From a virus (Duplodnaviria > Caudoviricetes): 40,245 nt of DNA. The DNA lies in IMG/VR virus record IMGVR_UViG_3300030372_001081, positions 1 through 40,245 of that record; one strand, 5' to 3'. Under the pieces are notes generated by a model. That model was not told the DNA's origin. It saw only the letters and a list, made by a program, of their open reading frames with translations, and did not search any database. This document shows positions 26,475-34,931 of this stretch, piece by piece. Within the stretch, counting starts at the first letter, position 1. Every line of letters starts with the position of its first letter. The position numbers and the translations under genes were made by a program.

Positions 26475-27211
26475 GTGGTGGGCGGCTCCCAAAGGGACAC
26501 CTCTTGTTTGTGTAGATTGTACTCACCATGCCTCAAGATTCTAGTAAGTCGTGCTGAAAGTAATGCTGATTTGTATGTAAGTTTCCTCTTCTCGTAAGCA
26601 CCTATTACTTTATCCCACATATCAGAAAGGGTTTCGGAATCTCCCAAAATTTTTTCAGCAGTTTTTGGCCCGACACCTACAAGCCCTGGAATATTATCTG
26701 TCCTGTCACCACATAAAGTTTGCACCATCCAGTTTCTATCTGCCCTCTTTTCAGAAATGGTTTCAAGTTCTCCATTCCTCAGAAGAATACAGGGTACTGT
26801 CTTCATATCTTTGTCGGCTGAAACTATGACACGTGTAGGGTGCTGCTCCTCGGTTGCAAGTAGCCCCATAACATCATCGGCTTCAAGGTTAGGGTAGATA
26901 GCGTACTCGTAATACCTTTTCATTGCTTCGACAACATCTTTATAAGCCAAAGGTTTACGTGTGCCTATTCGATTAGCTTTGTACTCGCTATATATTCCAT
27001 GTCTAAAGGTGGGATAGTCAGAGAAACACATGATGATCTTGCCTCTATCACCAGTGATGGACTGGTATTCTTCTAGCTTTGCAGCTATGTATTCCTCTGC
27101 ATCACGTTCGTCTGATACGAGTACATGTTGATACTCGTTAAACTTAAAGTCTTGCTGCACTGCGGCAGTGCCAGTAAAAACTAATTCGTCACCATCTATT
27201 AGTAGAGTCAT
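26471..27211 (-). CDS. 5'-3' exonuclease (gp6-like)
   Basis: LLIDGD, YKANR, LEADDVMG, SADKDM, GDRTDNIPGLVGVGPKTA. Confidence 0.95.
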   Translation of the reverse strand: MTLLIDGDELVFTGTAAVQQDFKFNEYQHVLVSDERDAEEYIAAKLEEYQSITGDRGKIIMCFSDYPTFRHGIYSEYKANRIGTRKPLAYKDVVEAMKRYYEYAIYPNLEADDVMGLLATEEQHPTRVIVSADKDMKTVPCILLRNGELETISEKRADRNWMVQTLCGDRTDNIPGLVGVGPKTAEKILGDSETLSDMWDKVIGAYEKRKLTYKSALLSARLTRILRHGEYNLHKQEVSLWEPPTT

Positions 27212-28821
27212 TGGAAGAAGTTTGTTTGTTGTACTAGGCGACCAGTCTTCTCGTCATATAACAAGGTATCGACAGGGCCAGTCTTGCCTGAATACCTGTT
27301 CTTCAATACTGCTAGTTGCAACTGTGATCGTTCACCTGCATCGGTTGACTGTTGGTTTCTGGAGCAGGAGATACATAGATCACTCAACTGTAAAATTCCT
27401 GAGCTTCCCCTCAAATCAGAAGGGCTGACAGTTTGCCCCTCTTCATGTGCCTTGCCTTGTGGCCTACGCAAATGAGATACAAGTATAAGTCCAACACCTG
27501 TCGCCTCAACACATTGCCTTAACTTGGTGCATATCACATCCAACGCTTTCCTTTCATCAAGTTCGATACCAGAAATAACAAGGGTAAGATGGTCAAGTAT
27601 TACTACATCAACTTCTTCTGCTGTAGCTAAGTAAGTAATCTGTTCAATTAATCTATCTCCGTCCATACTGCCAAAATGATCGTACAAGAAAAGACGGCCT
27701 GATCCTAAGAGAGAATCAAAGGCCGACTTCAAGATGGGGATCTCGACAGTCTCATCTAAATGCAAAGGAGTGTTAAGTGCAATACCCATGACACCTTGAA
27801 GGGTACGTTGAAGTGATTCTTCTAGTGCGATGTACCCTACTCTCAGCTTCTGAGTAAGGAAGTGATAAGCAAGTTCTTTGCATACGGTACTCTTCCCAGT
27901 CCCACTGCCAGCACAGAGAGTTATCATCTCTCCCTTACGAAAACCGTGGCAGTAATCGTTTAGTTTTGCCCACGGATAATGACAGATAGCTTTAGATCCT
28001 GGCTTAATTAATTCCTCCCATAAAGTTGAGCCTTCTCGGATGCAATCAGGTCGTACTGGCTGTGATTTCCATAGCAAATCCTTTAACTCCTGCCCTTTAC
28101 CAGCAACAAGCATGTCGTTGGCATCTTTGTATGGGTCAGGTATGCGACAGATAGCTGCCTTACCTGCTGGCAATAGCTCAAGTGCAACTTGACTAGCCTT
28201 TCGACCAGGTTCATCGTTATCAAAACAGATGACCACCCATGCAAATTGCTTTAGCCATTTAAGATTTGCAGCGATAGCTTTCTTAACTGACTGTGTGCCT
28301 GAAGGTATTGATACGACAGGAAATTTATTGGATTGAACCTGTGAGGTAGATAAGGCATCGACCTCGCCCTCATTTAAAACACAGAACACATTGGAATCTC
28401 TTCCATGATTCTGTCGCCACTTGCTTTGACCCCACATTTGCAGTTCGCTTATGCCATCGTTAGCTATCCAAGTAAACTTCTTATCCCTGAATCGCAGGTG
28501 CTGTGCAGTTGGCAGTCCTTGTTGATCGTTATAAGTAGCAACGTGTACCTGCTGTTCACGATAGAAAGCTTGGCAGTAACCAAAGAAGTTAAGAGTTTCG
28601 ACAGTGATACCACGCCACTCTTTCTTAAATGGCTGCAAGTTTTTAAGCAGCTTGCTTGTTGACCTAACTACTGGCATTGATTCTTTTTCTATATGTTTCT
28701 TTGGTTGGATCTGGTGATCACATGCGAAGCAGTGGGAATGTCCGTCATCAAAGAGGATCATTCCCTTGCTTGTGTCGCAGTTAGGGCATGGCCCTCTGCT
28801 TACTTCCTTACTTGAAGACAC
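27208..28821 (-). CDS. DNA primase-helicase (gp4-like)
   Basis: Zn finger CPNC...HCFAC, TOPRIM EGEVDALS and FDNDEPG, Walker A AGSGTGKST, DLRGSSG, LKNRYSG. Confidence 0.97.
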   Translation of the reverse strand: MSSSKEVSRGPCPNCDTSKGMILFDDGHSHCFACDHQIQPKKHIEKESMPVVRSTSKLLKNLQPFKKEWRGITVETLNFFGYCQAFYREQQVHVATYNDQQGLPTAQHLRFRDKKFTWIANDGISELQMWGQSKWRQNHGRDSNVFCVLNEGEVDALSTSQVQSNKFPVVSIPSGTQSVKKAIAANLKWLKQFAWVVICFDNDEPGRKASQVALELLPAGKAAICRIPDPYKDANDMLVAGKGQELKDLLWKSQPVRPDCIREGSTLWEELIKPGSKAICHYPWAKLNDYCHGFRKGEMITLCAGSGTGKSTVCKELAYHFLTQKLRVGYIALEESLQRTLQGVMGIALNTPLHLDETVEIPILKSAFDSLLGSGRLFLYDHFGSMDGDRLIEQITYLATAEEVDVVILDHLTLVISGIELDERKALDVICTKLRQCVEATGVGLILVSHLRRPQGKAHEEGQTVSPSDLRGSSGILQLSDLCISCSRNQQSTDAGERSQLQLAVLKNRYSGKTGPVDTLLYDEKTGRLVQQTNFFQ

Positions 28822-29023
28822 TTTCAGTACCTTGACCCACCTTTCCTGGTTCTTGATCTAAGACGAGAGCCTTATGATCGTCGCCGTACTTGGCAAGCAA
28901 TGTATTCTTTGCTTCTTCTTTGCTGGTTGCGACGATGTACTCATCGAACTTCTCATTTCTAGGAGTGAGGATGCGGACTCTGTATCTGTACCAAGCTTCA
29001 CTCTTTGCTGTTCTGTAATTCAT
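28808..29023 (-). CDS. Hypothetical protein
   Basis: 71-aa ORF packed within the replication operon. Confidence 0.7.
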   Translation of the reverse strand: MNYRTAKSEAWYRYRVRILTPRNEKFDEYIVATSKEEAKNTLLAKYGDDHKALVLDQEPGKVGQGTESVFK

Positions 29024-29025
29024 AG

Positions 29026-29151
29026 CTAGTTAAATCCTTTTGGTTTTGCTCTGTTGATTTTCTTTCTATTAATTTTCTTTGGCTTAAGTTTTCTCCAGCC
29101 AGTCTTAACTTCATAGTCTTTGTAACTATTGACTGTGATTTGTTTGCCCAT
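29026..29151 (-). CDS. Small basic protein (41 aa, not in the ORF track)
   Basis: ATG 29151 to TAG 29026: MGKQITVNSYKDYEVKTGWRKLKPKKINRKKINRAKPKGFN; fills the gap between neighbours. Confidence 0.65.
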   Translation of the reverse strand: MGKQITVNSYKDYEVKTGWRKLKPKKINRKKINRAKPKGFN

Positions 29152-29320
29152 TAGTTTCTCTCCTTATGTGATTAAGCATGGTCTGAAGTTCAGCCCTGCG
29201 TTTCTTAATGTTCTGCACTCTCTCTGTATCAGGAGGTGCGTCAGGGTCGTATGACTCCCAGTTGCCAGGGCACTCCTCTCGGTAGAGCTTGCCCTTTATC
29301 CATCTGATTTCTTTATCCAT
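29126..29320 (-). CDS. Hypothetical protein
   Basis: 64-aa ORF overlapping the endonuclease stop. Confidence 0.65.
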   Translation of the reverse strand: MDKEIRWIKGKLYREECPGNWESYDPDAPPDTERVQNIKKRRAELQTMLNHIRRETNGQTNHSQ

Positions 29321-29681
29321 ACCAATCAGCAGGTATTACTTTGTGACACCACTTGAAACCATTACGGTCACACCATTCGTAATACCGCATACTATTTTTC
29401 TTTCTAGTTATCTTTTCGTTAGCGTTCTGAAAACACAAACGTATATCTAGATCGGGATGTTGCGTCTTAACTGCAACCATCTTTCGTCTATCTTCGGGCT
29501 TGAAGTGGCCTTTGGTTTCAACGATGACACCACTCGGAAGAATGAAGTCAGGGCAGTACGTCCCCTCGATGGTGTAGTCCAGTCGTAAGGATTCGTAGGT
29601 GAACGCAACATTTTTTGCATGTAAGGTAGCAGCGATTGAAGCTTCGAACTTGCTTCTGTATTTATTAGAAGTCAAAGTCAT
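29313..29681 (-). CDS. Endonuclease I / Holliday junction resolvase (gp3-like)
   Basis: YRSKFE, YCPDF, VETKG, HPDLDIR; start placed at ATG 29681. Confidence 0.95.
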   Translation of the reverse strand: MTLTSNKYRSKFEASIAATLHAKNVAFTYESLRLDYTIEGTYCPDFILPSGVIVETKGHFKPEDRRKMVAVKTQHPDLDIRLCFQNANEKITRKKNSMRYYEWCDRNGFKWCHKVIPADWYG

Positions 29682-30354
29682 TAGTCGATGGGGTTCCTGT
29701 CCCTGCTTGTTGTGCTTCATCGACAGTAAATTCCCAGTTCACTTGATTCTGAAAAGGAATAAAGTTCTTGATGTTAACGGCTGCAATAGTTAGCGACACA
29801 CCAGTACTTACATTGCTGTATGGCCTAGCCCATATTCCTACTTGTGCTGTAGAACCTGGGCCAATCTTGATGTACTTCTGTTTCTCTTCATCGTTTAAAG
29901 GAATTAGCTTGTTGTTACTATTTCTTTGGCAAGATGTATCAAACAATATTGGTGGTGTGTTAGGTCTTTTGTTTCCCTGCTTATCAGTCTTGTATGCAGG
30001 ACGCTTGACCTTAAGGAAGAAAGCTTTTTCTAAGCCTAATGATTTGATGTCGTCTGCTTGCTTTGATCCGTCATCAGAGTCAACCCATCTCCAAGGTAGT
30101 GGGTTTAACTTGTAGTCTTTTGGGTTTTTCTTAGGGTTTAATTCTTTTAGCTTGGCTTTAGTCTCTTCCCAATAAGCATCAAGAATAGTTTCTGTTTTCT
30201 CTGCATTTTCTGCTGGTATATACAAGTTTGCTTTGTATTGAGCAGGAGTTTCAGGTTCAAACTTGTCATCAGCTTCAACAAAATAAGCAAATGAAACTAA
30301 AGTTTGCTCAGGTGTCATCACTTGGATGGCTGGTAAGATCTCGTCACGTTTCAT
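29665..30354 (-). CDS. Single-stranded DNA-binding protein (gp2.5-like)
   Basis: Follows the RNA polymerase; IGPGSTAQV...GVSLTIAAV; acidic C-terminus ending NDFDF. Confidence 0.8.
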   Translation of the reverse strand: MKRDEILPAIQVMTPEQTLVSFAYFVEADDKFEPETPAQYKANLYIPAENAEKTETILDAYWEETKAKLKELNPKKNPKDYKLNPLPWRWVDSDDGSKQADDIKSLGLEKAFFLKVKRPAYKTDKQGNKRPNTPPILFDTSCQRNSNNKLIPLNDEEKQKYIKIGPGSTAQVGIWARPYSNVSTGVSLTIAAVNIKNFIPFQNQVNWEFTVDEAQQAGTGTPSTNDFDF

Positions 30355-32723
30355 GTCAGGAAATAAGTAGAATTTCGGGTTTGGTTTAGATCTAATGTTC
30401 CTAGCTGTGGTTCAGAAGGTAGATCTTCTTGTAATTCCAAGTCGAGTTGTGATTTCAACTTGTCTTTAATCCTAGTTAGCCAGTCGTACTGATAAATGTC
30501 AGCAAAAGATTCTCTTGCTGCATCTTTCAATGCACTCATTTCACTAGGAGTTGTTAAGAAACAGTCGTGTATTCCTCCAATGTTTATAACATTTTTGGAC
30601 GCTGCTTTAATAGTTGTAGCACACATGTGGGCTGAATCGAAACTATGTAATATATTTGCACTTAATCCTTTGCCCATCTTAGAAGTATTCAGTGTGGGAC
30701 AGTCTTCTTGTACCCTAATGTCTAAGTGTATGTCCGACAAATACTTAAGTCTAACCCTGGTATCTTTTGTACTATTGTATTGCTGACGTATCAACAAGCC
30801 AGCAGGATTAACCCATTCAAGTGGGATATTATTCTTACCAGCTTTAGCACCGACTGCTTTAAACCAACGCATTGCATGTACTGCTGGTTGTATCATCGCA
30901 CTTGCTTCTTGATGCAATATCTTTGCCATGTAATGCGTTGTCTTCATTGATCCATCCTTGGTTAACCAATTCGTATTGCCATATAGCTGCTTCGCTCTCT
31001 TGATAGCCCACTCGTATGCAAATTTATAGAACCCTAAGTAAGTAACTGAATAAGGTAATGTCATCACTCCATTCTTGGCGAGCGTACGGTCTGGTTGTAG
31101 TGCTAACCATTTCTTACTGTGTTCGTTGTTATCTTTCCTAAGTCTTTGATTGACCTCGTTCATCACGCTTGAATATATATCTTGTGGTTTATCTGAGTTC
31201 ACCAGGTTCACTAGCTCACCCATCTCTTTGCTTCTCAAGATTGATGAGTAGTGCTGTATTCCAGAGCAGGTGCAGTCTTGACATATAACTTGACGACATT
31301 TATATGTCGGCCCCTCTTGTTTCCACTCGTAATAACTGCGACAGAAAGATAAGAATGACCAAGGCTTATCAGCCCTCATCCAGAACTGAGAGTTAATCCA
31401 AGGATCATTACCTGCTTGCATGATTAACTGCTCGTGCTCCAGTACCCAGTCACACCTTGTTCTGTTATCACTCTTCAGGCCATACATATTAGCTCCATGT
31501 ATTCGCAACCAATCTGCCTGTTCTTCTGTCTGTATATAGGTGAAGTAACTGAACTCAAGCAGTGATCTAGCTACATCATTACCTTGTGGATTGAGATAAG
31601 GTGGCTTGTAATAGAGCCGACCTCTAAAGTCCATAGAAATAGGAAAAAATATCTCATCCGTATCCCTAAACTTACGGGCTGAATTAATAAGGATGGCATT
31701 AGCAAGCCTTGTACTTCTAGTCTTCTCGTTTCTTATATGAATACTTCTTGCTGCCTTCTTCCATTTAATTATGTCGGGGTGATCTTCATCTAAATGCTTG
31801 GGATATGCAGGTGTTGCCCACCCACTCATAGGTAGCAAGCAACCAATGGTTAGTCCTAAGTTATAAGCATGTTCCACCTGGTCGAGCATCCAACTTTTAA
31901 TCCTCCATGCCACTGCACCTTGTATGTTTGCTGCTTGTATATATGATTCATCACCCTTACTATTCTCAGCTATCAATTCATTATTAGTTTTGAATAAGGG
32001 GTAAGGATATTTATAGTAACCAGCTATTAGATTCTTATCGAATTTATTAGGCGTGATAATAGTAGGCAGGTAATGAGGCGTTGATAGTTCTTGCCTATGA
32101 TTAACATCAGCTATCCACTTCAAGCACTCCTCGGTTGGCTCAACTATTCTTCTCTTCTTATTAGGCTCATCACATCTAACAATCCTTAAGAACCCTGTTC
32201 TTTTAGCTGCGACTTCGACTAATAAATTACCGCAAGCTATCTTCTCTTTGTTTGTCCATATCTCTGCACCCTTAATTCTTTTTAAATTTTCAATTTTATG
32301 TCGTTGTCTCTGCCTGCTGACCTGATTAAACCTTTTAAGTTCTTTGCTATTTAACTTGTTAAGCATTGCCTCTAACCATAAGCGATCAGCGATTGACATG
32401 CTGACCTGGTGAAGCGATGGTGAACAAGTTAGTTGATCAACGATTGTTCTTATTGCTACTGCTGCTATTGTTTTAGATGACAGGGATAACAAAGGTCTGA
32501 GTAGTGCGTAGGTAGTACCTGCCTTACCACTCTCGACCTCTTTTTTTATGTGATCAACGTCATCAATAATGCTATTAAATCCGACACAAGAAAGAGTCTC
32601 CCCCGCATTGGAGAGAGACTCAGCCTTAGTTTTTTTAAGATAGTTTTGCCTGAAGCGAGAGAAGTTTCTCCCGCTTACAAGCATCCCATCCTCATGCTTT
32701 AACTCAGATTCAAGATCCATCAC
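30351..32723 (-). CDS. Single-subunit DNA-dependent RNA polymerase (T7 gp1-like)
   Basis: DFRGRLY, motif A DCTCSGIQH, motif B RTLAKNGVMTLPY, motif C IHDCF. Confidence 0.96.
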   Translation of the reverse strand: MMDLESELKHEDGMLVSGRNFSRFRQNYLKKTKAESLSNAGETLSCVGFNSIIDDVDHIKKEVESGKAGTTYALLRPLLSLSSKTIAAVAIRTIVDQLTCSPSLHQVSMSIADRLWLEAMLNKLNSKELKRFNQVSRQRQRHKIENLKRIKGAEIWTNKEKIACGNLLVEVAAKRTGFLRIVRCDEPNKKRRIVEPTEECLKWIADVNHRQELSTPHYLPTIITPNKFDKNLIAGYYKYPYPLFKTNNELIAENSKGDESYIQAANIQGAVAWRIKSWMLDQVEHAYNLGLTIGCLLPMSGWATPAYPKHLDEDHPDIIKWKKAARSIHIRNEKTRSTRLANAILINSARKFRDTDEIFFPISMDFRGRLYYKPPYLNPQGNDVARSLLEFSYFTYIQTEEQADWLRIHGANMYGLKSDNRTRCDWVLEHEQLIMQAGNDPWINSQFWMRADKPWSFLSFCRSYYEWKQEGPTYKCRQVICQDCTCSGIQHYSSILRSKEMGELVNLVNSDKPQDIYSSVMNEVNQRLRKDNNEHSKKWLALQPDRTLAKNGVMTLPYSVTYLGFYKFAYEWAIKRAKQLYGNTNWLTKDGSMKTTHYMAKILHQEASAMIQPAVHAMRWFKAVGAKAGKNNIPLEWVNPAGLLIRQQYNSTKDTRVRLKYLSDIHLDIRVQEDCPTLNTSKMGKGLSANILHSFDSAHMCATTIKAASKNVINIGGIHDCFLTTPSEMSALKDAARESFADIYQYDWLTRIKDKLKSQLDLELQEDLPSEPQLGTLDLNQTRNSTYFLT

Positions 32724-32901
32724 GTTGACTCTGTAATAAAGCTACCTGCTCTGCATATCTATCCTCGCAATAGACTTCTATTGCTTGTCGATACATAGCT
32801 GAGTCAGTAATACCCTTTAACTCTGCAAGTTTTTTAATCATTGCAGAGTAAGTAGAGCCAACTGTGGTTTGAACCTTGCAGTTATCTAGTTTGTTAGCCA
32901 T
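32710..32901 (-). CDS. Ribbon-helix-helix (CopG/Arc-like) DNA-binding protein
   Basis: KVQTTV strand, then IKKLAELKGITDSAMYRQAI. Confidence 0.7.
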   Translation of the reverse strand: MANKLDNCKVQTTVGSTYSAMIKKLAELKGITDSAMYRQAIEVYCEDRYAEQVALLQSQRDGS

Positions 32902-33154
32902 CTACCAAAGTTAATGAGCGACCACCAGCAGGAGAAGCAGCCTTGCTCCTAATAGCCTGCTGAAGAATACGTTTGCAAAGTTCAGGTCTTGTTGGTGGTG
33001 TTGGCTTGCCATGATGATGGTCATACCTTTCAGCACCAATCTCTTCCCTGATTTCTAATTGTCCTGCGATTGAATCTTGGCGTAGTTGCTCAAGTAATTC
33101 ATTCACATCCTCATCAAGTCTCATGCTGATTTGATTTGGGTCTCTTTTAGCCAT
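32894..33154 (-). CDS. RHH-like DNA-binding protein with a long inter-helix insertion
   Basis: QISMRLDEDVNELLEQL ... TRPELCKRILQQAI. Confidence 0.6.
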   Translation of the reverse strand: MAKRDPNQISMRLDEDVNELLEQLRQDSIAGQLEIREEIGAERYDHHHGKPTPPTRPELCKRILQQAIRSKAASPAGGRSLTLVDG

Positions 33155-33186
33155 GATTGGTTTCGGTTAAGGAACTGTTTTGTAGT

Positions 33187-33237
33187 CGAGGGTTGACACG
33201 CCTGCTCAAGTTTGAGACTCCGCCCTGTTATCCCTCG
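33187..33237 (-). promoter_or_regulatory. Long imperfect stem-loop upstream of the RHH-RHH-RNAP operon
   Basis: CGAGGG (33187-33192) pairs with CCCTCG (33232-33237); inner CTCAA/TTGAG. Confidence 0.45.
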
Positions 33238-33244
33238 TTAGTTT

Positions 33245-33514
33245 TTAAAGAGGTCTTCCTCTCTCATCACATAAGCCAAACTCTTCTTCATCTTCTTTCA
33301 TTCTTTTCTGTGAAAAGTATTCGTGATGATTCAGAAGATGTTGCTCATGTATTTGTTTAAAGAGGTCAAAGATTTCAACCTCTTCGCAAATCATTTCGGC
33401 ATTTGTTTCTCCCTTGTCATCATGGATTACTTTGCTCATATGCCAAAAGCCACGCTCGTCTTGTGAAAGCATGTAATTGGCAAGGATTCGAATCGTGATA
33501 GTTTCTTTTTTCAT
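33245..33514 (-). CDS. Early hypothetical protein
   Basis: 89-aa ORF in the early operon. Confidence 0.7.
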   Translation of the reverse strand: MKKETITIRILANYMLSQDERGFWHMSKVIHDDKGETNAEMICEEVEIFDLFKQIHEQHLLNHHEYFSQKRMKEDEEEFGLCDERGRPL

Positions 33515-33519
33515 GTTGG

Positions 33520-33771
33520 TTAGTAGCTGCTGTAAATAATTTCACGCTCAATCATCCACTGATACTTATCACTGGATGTCTTGCATGTTGGGCATGTAAT
33601 TACCTTGTCTCTCAGGTGGTAAACCTTATGAGTTGCCAAGCAATGACAGCATTTGATGTACTTACCATCAAAGCCAGTGCGTGAGTACTTGTGCATGGGT
33701 TGAAAATATTCAGTTACCACGCACTCACCATCTTTGCAGGTGATCTTTTTAGTTGATTCAGTTGGCCCCAC
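33520..33771 (-). CDS. Zinc-ribbon early protein
   Basis: CCHC...CPTC cysteine pairs. Confidence 0.72.
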   Translation of the reverse strand: MGPTESTKKITCKDGECVVTEYFQPMHKYSRTGFDGKYIKCCHCLATHKVYHLRDKVITCPTCKTSSDKYQWMIEREIIYSSY

Positions 33772-33878
33772 TCGTTATTCCTCTTGGGTTGTTGTACTGC
33801 TGGACTATTAGCCAGCAATAAAAAAAGAACAGCGTAGATACTTAGACCTAACGCTGTCCCGATAGCCTGCCTAATCAT
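33714..33878 (-). CDS. Small membrane protein
   Basis: ATG at 33878; hydrophobic AIGTALGLSIYAVLFLLLA. Confidence 0.55.
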   Translation of the reverse strand: MIRQAIGTALGLSIYAVLFLLLANSPAVQQPKRNNEWGQLNQLKRSPAKMVSAW

Positions 33879-34056
33879 CAAAGTTTTTGATGAACGCTCG
33901 ACCATGCACTGTCTTCTCAGGATGATTGATCTCTTCCTGATGTAGTTCTTCTTTCATTACTTCCTTCATATTGGAAGCAACGTCTTCGACAGAATTAATA
34001 TCTTCCAGCTTGACTTCCTTAGAGGAATCACCGAAAGCGAAAATAATATCTCCCAT
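33871..34056 (-). CDS. Small acidic early protein
   Basis: ATG at 34056 in a TAATG overlap with the upstream small ORF. Confidence 0.65.
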   Translation of the reverse strand: MGDIIFAFGDSSKEVKLEDINSVEDVASNMKEVMKEELHQEEINHPEKTVHGRAFIKNFDD

Positions 34057-34178
34057 TAGAAAAGAACTCCGAGTGTGAATACGACAGCAAGCACAATCCA
34101 TAGACTGTCAAGCTGTTCTTTAACTGGTCTTAACTGCTCTAGTTCAGCAGTTAATGATGCGTTTGTTGGCTTTGCCAC
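34056..34178 (-). CDS. 40-aa C-terminally anchored membrane protein (not in the ORF track)
   Basis: GTG 34178: MAKPTNASLTAELEQLRPVKEQLDSLWIVLAVVFTLGVLF; follows the conserved leader cassette. Confidence 0.7.
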   Translation of the reverse strand: MAKPTNASLTAELEQLRPVKEQLDSLWIVLAVVFTLGVLF

Positions 34179-34192
34179 GATAAATAAATTAA

Positions 34193-34255
34193 ATGGTGGG
34201 ATTTGTGAGGGTGTGAACCCCTCAGTCTGCCCAGTAGTTAGGGCAGAGAGAGAGA
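34193..34255 (-). repeat. Early-gene leader cassette, copy A (CU tract, two hairpins, CCCACCA)
   Basis: TGAGGG/CCCTCA at 34206-34224 and TCTGCCC/GGGCAGA at 34226-34247; near-duplicate of 34551-34610. Confidence 0.85.
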
Positions 34256-34256
34256 A

Positions 34257-34541
34257 TCAAATTCCTAAGTGAAGATAGTCATAGTCACCAGGTTGTTCCG
34301 AACAATCACAAGCCCATGTCCATAAAACTCTGAGTTTGTTTTCTTCATGGTCTTCTAATTGTTCATCTGTCCATGCTCCATATTCTTGTAGATGTTCTTT
34401 GAATAAATCTTTAGGCCCATCAAAATTAAGATGTTTAACCCAGAACTCTACATTTTTAGTAGCGTCACCACTGCCAGAACAATCTGCAATGCACTCGCCA
34501 GGTAACTGTCTAGTGCTATCTCTACCATCAAACCAATTCAT
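34257..34541 (-). CDS. Early hypothetical protein
   Basis: 94-aa ORF flanked by leader cassettes. Confidence 0.8.
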   Translation of the reverse strand: MNWFDGRDSTRQLPGECIADCSGSGDATKNVEFWVKHLNFDGPKDLFKEHLQEYGAWTDEQLEDHEENKLRVLWTWACDCSEQPGDYDYLHLGI

Positions 34542-34550
34542 AGAAATAAA

Positions 34551-34610
34551 GCGGTGGGATTTTGTTGAGGGTGAGTCCCTCAGTCTGTCCCGTAGGACAG
34601 AGAGAGAGAG
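34551..34610 (-). repeat. Early-gene leader cassette, copy B
   Basis: TGAGGG/CCCTCA at 34566-34582; UCUGUCC-UACG-GGACAGA hairpin at 34584-34601. Confidence 0.85.
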
Positions 34611-34847
34611 TCAACCGATGGCAACTATATCTTTGATACATGATTCCATTTCAGCCTTGTTTATCTTTGGATCGTCCCATCTGTAACCCTCGCCTGTTGT
34701 TGTTCTTTTAGTGCCGTTAATCTGGTACTCAACAAAAGCTTTAAAGTTACCGATGTTCTTAGCGTCCTGATAAAACTGTTGGTCGTTGCCAATAGTTAAA
34801 GCTGCTGACCATGTTTCACGATTAGACCATCCATTACATTCACTCAT
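34611..34847 (-). CDS. Early protein with NGWxNxETW motif
   Basis: NGWSNRETWSAALTIGND resembles a common phage early-protein motif. Confidence 0.8.
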   Translation of the reverse strand: MSECNGWSNRETWSAALTIGNDQQFYQDAKNIGNFKAFVEYQINGTKRTTTGEGYRWDDPKINKAEMESCIKDIVAIG

Positions 34848-34862
34848 TTTTTAGACCTCTTT

Positions 34863-34916
34863 GTGGTGGGCTTCCCTCAGTTGAGGGAATGACTAGACCA
34901 GGGTTTGCACCTGGTC
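34863..34916 (-). promoter_or_regulatory. Early-gene leader cassette, divergent copy C (two hairpins and CCCACCAC)
   Basis: TTCCCTC/GAGGGAA at 34872-34889; GACCAGG/CCTGGTC at 34896-34916. Confidence 0.7.
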
Positions 34917-34931
34917 AACCGCTTGAACGGA

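Noticed and set aside
33220-33236. AGGGATAACAGGG on the minus strand resembles the I-SceI site
   Set aside because: Only 13 of 18 bases match and no homing endonuclease or vector sequence is present; treated as coincidence
34863-34870. GTGGTGGG as a Chi-like recombination signal
   Set aside because: It resembles GCTGGTGG, but it clusters before start codons and follows the coding strand, favouring an RNA-level role; not fully excluded
34193-34916. Early cassettes as a mini-CRISPR or integron attC array
   Set aside because: The intervening sequences are whole genes, repeats are few and diverged, and no integrase or Cas is encoded
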